Assembly: GCA_026991575.1 (NCBI GenBank)
Contig: JALXBF010000029.1
Location: 58,099-78,098, forward strand
DNA from: Planctomycetota bacterium
GTDB lineage: Bacteria; Planctomycetota; Planctomycetia; JALXBF01
Reading direction: 5' to 3'
Length of the DNA stretch: 20,000 bases
Part shown: positions 1 to 10,348 of the stretch, piece by piece
Layout: the number at the start of each line of letters is the position of its first letter
How positions within the stretch are numbered: the stretch's first letter is position 1
Made by a program: the position numbers and the translations under genes
Notes under the pieces: model-generated
Seen by the model: the letters and a program-made list of their open reading frames with translations, nothing else
Database searches by the model: none
What the model was told of the DNA's origin: nothing

Positions 1-651
1 ACCTGCCAGGACGAACACAAGCCAGGCCGGCCAGAGCGCCCTCACCCGCACCGCTCGGCCCGTCTCCGGATCCGGGACAAAAGCCTTCAGGTACAGAAGC
101 GTCGCCAACAGAGCGAGTGCTCCGGATAACACGTCGCGCCGCTCGGTCACCCAGGCAACCGACTCGACGCGGAGCGGGTGGATGGCAAACAACAGGGCCG
201 CCGCGCTACTGCCCAGCGCGAGTGCCGTCGGCATCACGCCACGGGAAGGCCGCGAAAACAGCAGCAAACGCCACGCCACCGACACGCACAGGATGGCCGC
301 GAGCAGATGGAGGAGCAGGTTCGTTAGGTGAAACCCAAACGGGTTCAGTCCCCAGATCTGGTAATCGATCGCCAGGCTCAGCCAGCTCAGCGGCTGGTAG
401 GGCCCCATGTGAAACGTGGTGAACATCCAGGCGAGATTCTCGGGACTGAGCGAGCGAATTCGCAAGTTCGTCAGAATCGTCTCGCCATCGTCCCAGCCCA
501 GGAAGCCGTTGCCCAGGCCAATTCCATGAGCAACGGCTGTGACCAGAGCAACCGCAACCAGGAGCTTAACGCTGGGGCGCGGAAGTTCGGCCCTTGTTTC
601 AGCGCCGGCAAGGTCAGCTGAGGGTGCAGTTTTCGTCTGCGTTCCTTCCAT
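1..651 (-). CDS. TMTC-like membrane glycosyltransferase (GT-C fold, protein O-mannosyltransferase-like); only the N-terminal 217 codons are in the window
   Basis: Manual minus-strand translation from ATG at 651 stays open to base 1: MEGTQTKTAPSADL...KLLVAVALVTAVAHGIGLGNGFLGWDDGETILTN...AWMFTTFHMGPYQPLSWLSLAIDYQIWGLNPFGFHLTNLLLHLLAAIL...LLFAIHPLRVESVAWVTERRDVLSG...WLVFVLAG. The WDD after TM1 (487-495), YxPL, GFHLTNLLLH and HPxxVESVAWxxERxD (133-180) motifs are typical of TMTC-like proteins. AAGAGG lies upstream. The ORF track omits it because no stop codon is in the window. Confidence 0.88.
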   Translation of the reverse strand, partial: MEGTQTKTAPSADLAGAETRAELPRPSVKLLVAVALVTAVAHGIGLGNGFLGWDDGETILTNLRIRSLSPENLAWMFTTFHMGPYQPLSWLSLAIDYQIWGLNPFGFHLTNLLLHLLAAILCVSVAWRLLLFSRPSRGVMPTALALGSSAAALLFAIHPLRVESVAWVTERRDVLSGALALLATLLYLKAFVPDPETGRAVRVRALWPAWLVFVLAG

Positions 652-892
652 CTTCGCCTGTGGCCTCTTGTGGGTAAGCACTCTACGACAGCGGTACGGG
701 GCGGACTTAGCACGCTGCGTTCGGTGGCGAATCTACCTTGTCTACGGCGACGCGGCCGTCACGGTTGAATTGCCGCTGCACGGGGACCCTGCTCCCGACG
801 TGACTGGCCGGCGCGTGCGAACGCCGACGCTGCCGCTGCCCGCAGCTGTACCGGGAAAGGTTTCGCTCGGGTGGCTGTCGGGGGGTGGGCCG

Positions 893-901
893 TGCTAGAC
901 T
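893..901 (+). promoter_or_regulatory. Candidate extended -10 element (TGcTAGACT) for the deacetylase gene
   Basis: TGnTAGACT lies about 40 nt upstream of ATG 943. This is a consensus resemblance only, with no clear -35. Confidence 0.3.
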
Positions 902-942
902 GAGGGATGCTCGTGCCGAGAACCATGCTGTGGAGGCTCACC

Positions 943-1908
943 ATGAAGCGCACGCTGGCAGGCATCGGCTGTTTCGTAGCAGGCATCGCCGTCGGTGCGT
1001 TCTTCGGGGGGCTTGTGTCGTCGGCTCGATCTCAGGCGCCGGCCAAGCCCGTAGCGGCCGCCGTCACAGCGTCCGACAAGGAAGGCCTACGGATTATCGG
1101 TTTTGGGGCTCACCCGGACGATTGTGAGATCCGGGCGGGGGGTACGGCGGCGCTCTGGAGCAAGCACGGCTATGCCGTGAAGTTCGTGTCAGCCACCAAT
1201 GGCGATATCGGCCACTGGCAAATGGCTGGCGGTCCGCTGGCTCAGCGGCGACTGCGCGAGGTGATGAAGGCCGACAAGATCCTCGGCGTGGCTACCGAAG
1301 TGCTCGACATCCACGACGGCGAACTGGAGCCGACACTGGAGAACCGCCGCAAGTTCGTGCGGCTGATTCGAAGCTGGCGTGCCGACGTGGTCATGGGACA
1401 TCGGCCAAATGATTACCATCCGGATCACCGCTATACCGGCGTCCTCATGCAGGACTCGGCGTTCATGGTTGCGGTTCCCTATTTCTGTCCCGACGTTCCG
1501 TACCTGCGGCGGAACCCGGTTTATCTGTACTACTACGACCGGTTCGAACGGCCTACGCCGTTCCGCCCCGATGTGGTGATCCCGATCGATGAGGTGATCG
1601 ATCAGAAGTTGGAGGCCCTCTTGGTGATGGAATCGCAGTTCATCGAAGGTGGGGCGCTGGGATACCTTCGACCGCTGCCGCAGGGAGCAGCAGCGCGGGC
1701 CGCACGCCGCGAGCAGGCCAGGCAAGGATTCCTGCGCCGGTTTGCTGCGGTGGCGGATCAGTACCGTGATCGACTGATTGAGCTGTACGGGCCGGAGGTC
1801 GGCAAGAAGGTGCGATACGCCGAAGCGTTTGAGATCTGCGAGTACGGACGCCAGCCAACGGCTGAAGAACTGCGCAAGATCTTCCCGTTCGCACCGTGGC
1901 CTGACTAG
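943..1908 (+). CDS. PIG-L/LmbE family Zn-dependent N-deacetylase with N-terminal signal peptide or membrane anchor
   Basis: Motifs GAHPDDCE, ATNGD, RRLRE, IHDGEL, DYHPDHRY and YAEAF. Start moved from 907 to ATG 943, which follows GGAGG (932-936). The N-terminus MKRTLAGIGCFVAGIAVGAFFGGLVSSARSQA is hydrophobic. Confidence 0.92.
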   Translation: MKRTLAGIGCFVAGIAVGAFFGGLVSSARSQAPAKPVAAAVTASDKEGLRIIGFGAHPDDCEIRAGGTAALWSKHGYAVKFVSATNGDIGHWQMAGGPLAQRRLREVMKADKILGVATEVLDIHDGELEPTLENRRKFVRLIRSWRADVVMGHRPNDYHPDHRYTGVLMQDSAFMVAVPYFCPDVPYLRRNPVYLYYYDRFERPTPFRPDVVIPIDEVIDQKLEALLVMESQFIEGGALGYLRPLPQGAAARAARREQARQGFLRRFAAVADQYRDRLIELYGPEVGKKVRYAEAFEICEYGRQPTAEELRKIFPFAPWPD

Positions 1909-2117
1909 CTATCCCCGCAGCCCCGCTGACCGTCCCCGCGCGCACGAGCGTGCCTTCGAAGTCTGGCAACAACAGATCGGGCCCCGGACTCGGGAGAACC
2001 GTGCGCGATCCGAAGCGGACAAGCTAACCGGCTTGTAGACCTTTCCAAACACTCGCGCTTTCCGACTGCGCACGAGGATCCGACAACCTGACAAGCTTCC
2101 TGCAGCGGCTGGCTCCA

Positions 2118-4118
2118 CTAATAGCCCCGTTCCAGGTCGACGACGTTCAGCAGCGGTTCGCCTCGGACGAACCGGCGCAGGTTCTCGCGATACAGCTCGA
2201 AGAGCCGATCGTTGCGATGCTCGGACCAGGATGCCATGTGTGGGGTGATGATGACGTTGGGGAACTGCCAGAGCGGGTGGTCTGGAGGCAGCGGTTCCGG
2301 ATCGGTTACGTCCAGGCCAGCGCCCGCAATACGACCTTCTCGAAGAGCGCGCACCAGGGCATCCGTGTCCGTCGAGCGTCCCCGGCCCACGGAAATGAAA
2401 TAGGCCGTCGGCTTCATTGCCCCGAAGAACTCGTCATCAAACCACTTCTCCGTCACCTTGGTCAACGGGGCGCAGTTGAAGACCACGTCGGCCCGCGCCG
2501 CCATCTCCAGCAGGGCTTCCGGCTTGCCGAGTTGGAACACAAAGTCGGGCTTCGCCAAGGGCTTCGGATCGATCGCCAGCACCCGGCAGCCAAACGCGGC
2601 GGCCCGCCGGGCCACCTCGGTGCCGATCCCCCCAAGCCCAACGACCAGCACCGTCTTCCCGGCAAGCTCAATGATCCGGTTACGATCGAAGTCCTCTGGC
2701 AACTCCCACCGGCCACCCTGTGCATGATGGGCCGCGATTGCCTTGATTCCTCGCGTGAACGCCAGCAACATGGCGAACGCGTGGTCGGCAATCTCTGGAC
2801 CGTAGATCCGCTGGGCATTGGTAAGCACAATGCCACGTTCGGTCAGTTCGCTGATTCCGACGTACCGCTCGACCCCAGCAGAAGGCACCTGGATCCACCG
2901 CAATCGCTTGCCTGCGCGGACCAGCTCGGGCGTGCACAGTCCGATGACCCCGTCCGCGTCTGAGACAAGCCGAACTGCCTCGCGCTCGTTCCGGTACGGG
3001 ACGAGCTGGACGTCGCCGGCCACGGCCTGCAACGCCGCCATGCGCAGCGGGCTCAGACGCGGCACCAATACCTTCGTAGGCTTCGTCCAGCCAGGGTCCT
3101 CGCTCGTCGGCGAAGGTCCTTCCTTCAGCCCTAAGTCGCGCAGCAGGTAGTACCGTGGGACCAGGCCGAGGATCTCGGCGTAAACGTGCTGCAGGTTCTC
3201 AACTCGCGTGCGTGCTTCGACGCCGGTCCAGCTCTTGTAGAACGGCAATCGGAACGAGTCGCGGATCTGGGCAAAACTCTTGCCCGCCAGGGCCCCGGCC
3301 AGTACATGTCGCCTCAACTCGACGATGTACCGCCTCTGGAGCTCCAATAGCTCCTTTCCCGCCGGCGGACCATGCCCGGGGGCCACGATGTCGATGTCCA
3401 GCTGCTGGATCGCCTCCAGCACCCGCACCCAACTTTCCGTGTCCGCGTCGCCCATGTAGTTGTACGGCCCGTTGACGCACAGGTCACCGGTGAAGACGAT
3501 TCGTTGTTTTGGCAAGTAGGCAATCGCATCGCCGGGCGTGTGCCCGTGGCCAAAGTGCAAGAACTCCACCCGCTGTACGCCATCGTCCAGCACAAGCTTC
3601 CGCTCGAAGGCCACCGTAGCGTGCTTTAGCTCCGTGCCCTCCACCAACGCTCGCTGCCGCGCGCTGGGCGAACGATGCTGCAGCAGCCAGCCGATTGGAT
3701 TCTTGAGCCGTTGATCCCGGATGCACAGCGTATGCCCGATCCCGACCGCACCGACGGAGACGTACACGCCGTTGCCAAACGAGTGGTCTCCGTGGTAATG
3801 CGTGTCGAACACGAATCGGATCGGCTTCTTGGTTGTCTTGCGAACCGCGTCGATGACGTGCCGCGCAGAGAACGGAAACCCGGCATCGATAACGACCACG
3901 TAGTCCTTGAAGATGACCCAGCCCGAGTTGCTGCCAATGAAGTCTGGCTGGCCTGGAGTCACCAGAAAGTAGACCCCGGGCGCCAACTGCTGGACCCTGA
4001 CCGGGACCTTCTCCAGCGGCAACGGTCGGCGTGTCTTCGCTTCCTGAGCGACCGCCGGCGTGGCAACCAGGATGCCGGAGCCGGCGAGCACGACGGCAAC
4101 CGAAACGAGCCTCCGCAT
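2118..4118 (-). CDS. Fusion protein: signal peptide + metallo-beta-lactamase-fold hydrolase + D-isomer-specific 2-hydroxyacid dehydrogenase
   Basis: N-terminal half has THYHGDH (3783-3800), GHTPGD, FTGD and APGHG, a complete MBL metal-ligand set. C-terminal half has SAGVE, TNAQ, GKTVLVVGLGGIG (GxGxxG at 2622-2639), AIDP, SVGRG, GAGLDVTDPEPLP and IITPHMA. It is one open 666-codon frame with a Pro/Ser/Thr linker at about 3080-3135. Signal-like N-terminus: MRRLVSVAVVLAGSGILVATPAVA-QE. Confidence 0.92.
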   Translation of the reverse strand: MRRLVSVAVVLAGSGILVATPAVAQEAKTRRPLPLEKVPVRVQQLAPGVYFLVTPGQPDFIGSNSGWVIFKDYVVVIDAGFPFSARHVIDAVRKTTKKPIRFVFDTHYHGDHSFGNGVYVSVGAVGIGHTLCIRDQRLKNPIGWLLQHRSPSARQRALVEGTELKHATVAFERKLVLDDGVQRVEFLHFGHGHTPGDAIAYLPKQRIVFTGDLCVNGPYNYMGDADTESWVRVLEAIQQLDIDIVAPGHGPPAGKELLELQRRYIVELRRHVLAGALAGKSFAQIRDSFRLPFYKSWTGVEARTRVENLQHVYAEILGLVPRYYLLRDLGLKEGPSPTSEDPGWTKPTKVLVPRLSPLRMAALQAVAGDVQLVPYRNEREAVRLVSDADGVIGLCTPELVRAGKRLRWIQVPSAGVERYVGISELTERGIVLTNAQRIYGPEIADHAFAMLLAFTRGIKAIAAHHAQGGRWELPEDFDRNRIIELAGKTVLVVGLGGIGTEVARRAAAFGCRVLAIDPKPLAKPDFVFQLGKPEALLEMAARADVVFNCAPLTKVTEKWFDDEFFGAMKPTAYFISVGRGRSTDTDALVRALREGRIAGAGLDVTDPEPLPPDHPLWQFPNVIITPHMASWSEHRNDRLFELYRENLRRFVRGEPLLNVVDLERGY

Positions 4119-4132
4119 CGCGACCGCACTCC

Positions 4133-5149
4133 CTACTTGCGTCCGAGGATCCTGTCCAAAGCGTCCGACGCCTGGTAGATCAACGCCTCAGGCCAGTGCT
4201 GGAATGGGTGGAAATACTCGAACGTCACGTAGCCACGATATCCCACGGCGTCTAGCGCTTCCATGACGGCCGGCCAGTCCGTTGAACCATCCAGCAGGAG
4301 CCGGAATGAATCGAGGTTGAGCACCGGCACGTTCCGGTTGAACTCCTTGAAGTGCACGTTCTTGATTCGCCGGCCAAGGATGCGGATCCAGTCCTCAGGG
4401 AACTGGTACTCCATGATGTTGCCCGTGTCGAAATGGATCCGGAGCCAGCGGCTCTTGAAGCTGTCCACGAAGCGGACCATGTCCTCGGGGCTGAGCAGGT
4501 AGCCGTTGACGAAGATGTTCTCTACGTTGAGATACACGCGATACTTCTCCGCTTCGGGCAGCAGCGAGCGGATGGCGGCGCGCGCAAGACGGTCGCACTC
4601 CTCATAGGGCATCGGCTCCTGCTCAGGAACCCATGGGATGTACACCGAGCCCGCGATGACCAAGAGGTTCTCCGTGCCTAGCGCCCTGGCAGCACGGATC
4701 ATCTGTCTGGCCAACTCCATGCCCTTGCGCCGCCGCTCGGGATCCTTGCTCGTCAGCGAGTACGGCCAGTACAGAAACGAGCAGACGCCGCTGATCTCGA
4801 TGCCGCACCGCCGGGCTAGCTGGCCGATCCGCTTCAGCTCGGGTTCGCCAGCCTCCGGCGAAATGTCCCCTTCTAGGGCGTAGTTCACCTCTACCGCCTC
4901 AAAGCCGGCATCGGCCGCCAGTTCGAAGCATTCCTTCAGCGTCATGCGCTCCGGGTACGGGAACGCCCACAGGTTGATCGATTTCTTCATCGGGTATCGG
5001 CGACGTGGCCGCCGCTGCCTGCCGCTGCGCGGCCTCGCCCCTGCCGCTTCGGCCCGTGGCAACAGCCCCTGGGCCGCCAGAAAGCTCGGTCCGAACGCTG
5101 CACAATACGCCATCAGTTCACGACGGGAAAGATCACCTGCTCGGGGCAT
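4133..5149 (-). CDS. Sugar phosphate isomerase/epimerase family (xylose-isomerase-like TIM barrel, AP_endonuc_2) with probable Tat signal
   Basis: Motifs AGFEAVEV, NVENI, HFDTGN, NVHFKE, DWPAVMEAL and GYRGYVTFE. N-terminus LSRRELM...PRAEA-A. GGAGG lies upstream of ATG 5149. Confidence 0.9.
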   Translation of the reverse strand: MPRAGDLSRRELMAYCAAFGPSFLAAQGLLPRAEAAGARPRSGRQRRPRRRYPMKKSINLWAFPYPERMTLKECFELAADAGFEAVEVNYALEGDISPEAGEPELKRIGQLARRCGIEISGVCSFLYWPYSLTSKDPERRRKGMELARQMIRAARALGTENLLVIAGSVYIPWVPEQEPMPYEECDRLARAAIRSLLPEAEKYRVYLNVENIFVNGYLLSPEDMVRFVDSFKSRWLRIHFDTGNIMEYQFPEDWIRILGRRIKNVHFKEFNRNVPVLNLDSFRLLLDGSTDWPAVMEALDAVGYRGYVTFEYFHPFQHWPEALIYQASDALDRILGRK

Positions 5150-5176
5150 CGCTACTCTGCCTCCGCCCGCTACGGG

Positions 5177-6625
5177 TCAGTACCACTGAAGCCGTTCATC
5201 GCCCGGCTGCAGCCGTCCCGGCGGCCTGACTTCAGAACCCTTGCGGCCGGTGAGGCGATCACCAAGTTCGCGACGGGCCACCTCCGCAGCCGCCATCAAC
5301 CGCTTGGCCACGTCCGGGTACCTGTCGATCACGTTCGTCGTTTCGCCGACGTCGTTCTTCAGGTCGAAAAGCGATAGCTCAATCTCACGCACTTCATACG
5401 GCACCGGCTTGCCGCCCTTGCCCCCAGGGCGTCCGCCAAGCGTGCGATAGCGGTGCGGGAAGTGCAGCTTCCATCTGCGGTCGCGGATGGCCTGTAACTC
5501 GCCATTCGCGTAATAACAGTAGAACGCTTCGTGGGGCGACAGCGCACCGTCCTGGAACATAAGCGGTCGGATGTCCTTGCCGTCGATCTTACGCGGCGGC
5601 AGCTCCGCACCGATCAACGCCGCGACCGTCGGCAGAACATCGATCGTGCTGGCCAGTTCGTCGCACCGCGTGCCCGCCGGGATACGCCCCGGCCACCAGA
5701 AGATCGTGGGTACGCGTATCCCCCCCTCGAACGTCGTCCCCTTCCCCTCCCGCAGCGGTCCGGCTGAGCCGGCATGTTCACCGTAACTGAGCCAGGGACC
5801 GTTGTCCGAGCTGAAGATGACCAGCGTGTGACGGTCCAGCCCCAACCGCCGGAGCGTATCGAGGATCTTGCCCACCGACCAGTCAACCTCCATGACAACA
5901 TCCCCGAACAACCCGGCACCACTCTTGCCGGCAAACTTCTCGGACACAAATAGCGGCACATGTACCATCGCGTGCGGCACGTACAGGAAGAACGGCTCAT
6001 CCTTGTGCCGTTCGATGAAGTCCACCGCACGCCGCGTGTACCAGGTCGTCAGCATCCGCTGGTCTTCGGCATGAACCTGCGGGTTAACAACTGTTCGGTT
6101 GACCAATAGCGGCAGAGGCGGAAAACGGTTGCCGGCCGTCGGATGGTACGGCCACATGTCGTTGGAATAGGGCAGCCCGAAATACTCGTCGAACCCCTGG
6201 TTCGTGGGCAGGAACTTGGGATGGTGCCCAAGGTGCCACTTGCCATAGATGGCCGTAGCGTATCCCATCTGCTTGCAGATCTCGGCCAGCGTCACCTCGT
6301 CGGGGTGAAGCCCGATAGTGGATCGGGGCCCCAACGCGCCGGAAATACTCACGCGGCGGTGATAACAGCCGGTCATCAGTGCCGCGCGCGACGCAGAGCA
6401 CACGGCCGACGAAACCAGGAAATCCGTGAAGATGCGTCCTTCCCTGGCCATCCGGTCCAGGTTCGGAGTCGGGTACGCTGTTGCCCCGAACGGCCCAATG
6501 TCTGCATAACCCAGGTCGTCGATGAAGATGATCACGATGTTGGGCGGCCGCTCACCGGCCCCGGACGCCCTTGAGAACACCAGCGCGGTTGCCAAACACA
6601 CCAGCAGCAGCCTGCGTCGAACCAT
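5177..6625 (-). CDS. Formylglycine-dependent (S1) sulfatase, Cys-type, with signal peptide
   Basis: Motifs [24 protein letters not shown] (6386-6400), YGKWHLG, GFDEYFG, FSSDNGP and [13 protein letters not shown]. Start moved from 6709 to ATG 6625 ([23 protein letters not shown]), 10 nt after GGAGG. Confidence 0.95.
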   Translation of the reverse strand: MVRRRLLLVCLATALVFSRASGAGERPPNIVIIFIDDLGYADIGPFGATAYPTPNLDRMAREGRIFTDFLVSSAVCSASRAALMTGCYHRRVSISGALGPRSTIGLHPDEVTLAEICKQMGYATAIYGKWHLGHHPKFLPTNQGFDEYFGLPYSNDMWPYHPTAGNRFPPLPLLVNRTVVNPQVHAEDQRMLTTWYTRRAVDFIERHKDEPFFLYVPHAMVHVPLFVSEKFAGKSGAGLFGDVVMEVDWSVGKILDTLRRLGLDRHTLVIFSSDNGPWLSYGEHAGSAGPLREGKGTTFEGGIRVPTIFWWPGRIPAGTRCDELASTIDVLPTVAALIGAELPPRKIDGKDIRPLMFQDGALSPHEAFYCYYANGELQAIRDRRWKLHFPHRYRTLGGRPGGKGGKPVPYEVREIELSLFDLKNDVGETTNVIDRYPDVAKRLMAAAEVARRELGDRLTGRKGSEVRPPGRLQPGDERLQWY

Positions 6626-6662
6626 CAGTGCCTGCCTCCGGATGCCACGGGAACGATGCCAT

Positions 6663-6777
6663 AGTTTAGCCGACCGTCTCCCGGGTCGAGCAGCCGCTGT
6701 CACCGCCATCCTGTCCCCTCACTACAACCAAGCACGCAATCCCACCTGGCCTGCCCTGGCGTCCTCTAGCGTATACT
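6663..6777. promoter_or_regulatory. Divergent promoter region: candidate -10 hexamers TAAACT (minus strand, 6663-6668) and TATACT (plus strand, 6772-6777)
   Basis: AT-rich hexamers resembling TATAAT sit at plausible distances from the two divergent starts (6625 and 6831). Resemblance only. Confidence 0.3.
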
Positions 6778-6830
6778 GCCACGTCGATCGTCGGGCGACC
6801 GCAACAGCACGAGCCGGAGAGGTTCTTGCC

Positions 6831-7730
6831 ATGATGCGTTGCTCCGCAGGATCCTTTGTCGCAGCCACGTTGATGCTGGCAGCAATCGTTCATGTGGCCG
6901 GGATCGCCGCTGACACCCAGGGCAGCCTGACTGTTCGGGTGGTCACGTTCAACATCCGGTACGGCACGGCGCGCGACGGCAGGAACGCATGGCCCTTCCG
7001 GCGCGACCTGGTCATCGACGTGATCCGCTCGGGTGACTACGACTTCGTCGGTCTGCAGGAAGCCTTGAGGTTCCAACTGGACGAGATCACCGCCGCCCTG
7101 CCCCAGTACGCCGAGATCGGCGTCGGCCGGGACGACGGGAAGTCCGGTGGCGAGCATTCGTCGCTGCTGTTTCTGGCAAGCCGCTGGGCAGTCGACCAAG
7201 CAGGAACATTCTGGCTGTCGGACACCCCGGAGGTTCCCGGCTCCAGGACATGGGGCAACACGATACCGCGCGTCGTGACCTGGGCACGCTTCATCAACAA
7301 ACGCACCGGCCAACCGCTGTTCGTGTTCAATACCCACTTCGACCACCGCTCGTTGCCTTCGCGGGTCCGCAGCGCACGACTGCTGGCAGAACGGATTGCG
7401 GCCAGGCAACCGGCCGACCCGGTCATCGTCACGGGCGACTTCAATGCCGAGCCGTCCGAAGAAACGATCCGCTACCTGGTCGCTCCGGACACGGCTTCGC
7501 GAATCCGCCTCGTCGACGCCTATCGGGCAGCACACCCGGAACCGGGCCCGGAGGAGGCCACGTTTCATGGCTTCCGCGGCATCACTGCGGGCCGACGGAT
7601 CGATTACGTGTTTGTGACACGGGAAATCGCTGTGGAAGCAGCCCGGATCATCCGCACCGCACGTAACGGCCGCTACCCGTCGGACCACTACCCGGTCGAA
7701 GCAGTGCTGCGGTTGCCTCGCTCGCGCTAG
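6831..7730 (+). CDS. Endonuclease/exonuclease/phosphatase (EEP) family protein with signal peptide
   Basis: Motifs VTFNIRY, VGLQE, GTFWLSDTP, FNTHFDH, VTGDFN, RIDYVF and PSDHYPV. Start moved from 6522, which overlaps the sulfatase gene, to ATG 6831 after GGAGAGG. A hydrophobic N-terminus follows. Confidence 0.93.
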   Translation: MMRCSAGSFVAATLMLAAIVHVAGIAADTQGSLTVRVVTFNIRYGTARDGRNAWPFRRDLVIDVIRSGDYDFVGLQEALRFQLDEITAALPQYAEIGVGRDDGKSGGEHSSLLFLASRWAVDQAGTFWLSDTPEVPGSRTWGNTIPRVVTWARFINKRTGQPLFVFNTHFDHRSLPSRVRSARLLAERIAARQPADPVIVTGDFNAEPSEETIRYLVAPDTASRIRLVDAYRAAHPEPGPEEATFHGFRGITAGRRIDYVFVTREIAVEAARIIRTARNGRYPSDHYPVEAVLRLPRSR

Positions 7731-7757
7731 GAACGGGGCTGGGAGGTCGGCGGCAAC

Positions 7758-8354
7758 TTAGCGTGTGCCCGGTACAAGCCAGCTCTCGACAAGTGCGAGG
7801 GCGGACTCCAGATCGCGCCGTGCGTTGGCCAGGGAGCGGTTCACTTCGGCAGGATAGCCATCCACAGCAGCAGACCAGGCGCGGTTCAGCCAGCGCTCAG
7901 CCTCGGCGATGACCCCGAACAGCTCCGCGAAGCGGCGGCCGCCGAGTTGTTCGAGGATTTGATGCCTTCTTTCAATGATCGGCATCAAGTGCGCGGTGAC
8001 GATCCGCTCAATCGCCGCCGGCGGTACCGCTGTCTCGCCCTCCTCCTGCTCCAGTGTCCTGATCTGATCTCGAGCTGCGCTGAGTGCCTGCCGGATGGCA
8101 CCGATGTCAATGCCGGTGCTCGGTGGTGCAGCGGGGTCATCCGAGTCATTACGCCCACGGTCGGCTGGTGCGACCCGTCCGCTGTATCGCAGCGCGATGG
8201 CTGTCAGCATCAGCACCAGGCCGGCTGCGGCAACCGGATAGTGGATCTGGATCTTTTGCCTCCAGCCGGGCTCCTTCGGGTCTGTGCGTGCAAAGCCCAG
8301 TGTGGCCACCACCGTGCCAACCACCAGGAGAAAACCGGACAGTACGGTGCGCAT
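7758..8354 (-). CDS. Hypothetical membrane protein (two N-terminal TM helices + helical soluble domain), probably co-transcribed with the OPT gene
   Basis: MRTVLSGFLLVVGTVVATLGFA...YPVAAAGLVLMLTAIALRY, then an acidic/Pro linker, then amphipathic helices containing AEAERWLNRAWSAAVDGYPAE. The upstream part of the 391-aa track ORF is an out-of-frame overlap with the OPT gene. An alternative GTG start at 8387 overlaps the OPT stop (GTGA). Confidence 0.8.
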   Translation of the reverse strand: MRTVLSGFLLVVGTVVATLGFARTDPKEPGWRQKIQIHYPVAAAGLVLMLTAIALRYSGRVAPADRGRNDSDDPAAPPSTGIDIGAIRQALSAARDQIRTLEQEEGETAVPPAAIERIVTAHLMPIIERRHQILEQLGGRRFAELFGVIAEAERWLNRAWSAAVDGYPAEVNRSLANARRDLESALALVESWLVPGTR

Positions 8355-8383
8355 CGCTTCTGTGCTCTCAAACCGTGGCAATG

Positions 8384-10132
<1,749 letters not shown>

Positions 10133-10348
10133 GCCTGTCCTCCAGGTTCCCAAGCATCTTGGCTCACTATGTTAACGCACGCGGCCTCCATTCCTCGCCT
10201 CAGCTATGCGCCGAGCGCCGGCACCGGCCCACGGGCCAGCGCAAACGCAGACATCAGGCGGGCAAGCCTGGCGCAGAAGAATCGGGCCCGATCGAGGCGA
10301 CCGGGCCCACCGGGCACGGGACCTCGCTGATCGAGCGACGCCGTGTGC

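Noticed and set aside
751..865. Possible cobalamin riboswitch or structured RNA (GGCCGTCACG...CGTGACTGGCC pairing; GCCCGCAGCTGTA...GGGAAAGG)
   Set aside because: The upstream GGGAA-GGTG-AAnTCC core and CCACTG are missing, the downstream gene is not B12-related, and such pairing is common by chance at this GC content. An Rfam scan would settle it.
117..898. Track ORFs at 117-422, 328-621, 471-713 and 539-898
   Set aside because: They are antisense or off-frame shadows of the TMTC-like gene and its upstream region, with no recognisable motifs.
2019..2036. Hairpin ACAAGC-taaccg-GCTTGT between convergent genes as a terminator
   Set aside because: The stem is only 6 bp with no adjacent U-tract on either strand, which is too weak to call.
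3160..4010. MBL domain as an antibiotic-resistance beta-lactamase
   Set aside because: HxHxDH is shared by the whole superfamily. The dehydrogenase fusion and catabolic context argue against a resistance role.
6666..7688. 340-aa minus-strand ORF antisense to the EEP gene, and similar long antisense ORFs (2217-2963, 8565-9398, 10796-11419, 14366-15001)
   Set aside because: These are typical high-GC shadow frames opposite well-supported genes, with no motifs.
10215..10322. Imperfect GC-rich repeats (CCGGCCCACGGGC / CCGGGCCCACCGGGC)
   Set aside because: Only two short degenerate copies with no regular spacing, so this is not a CRISPR or REP array.
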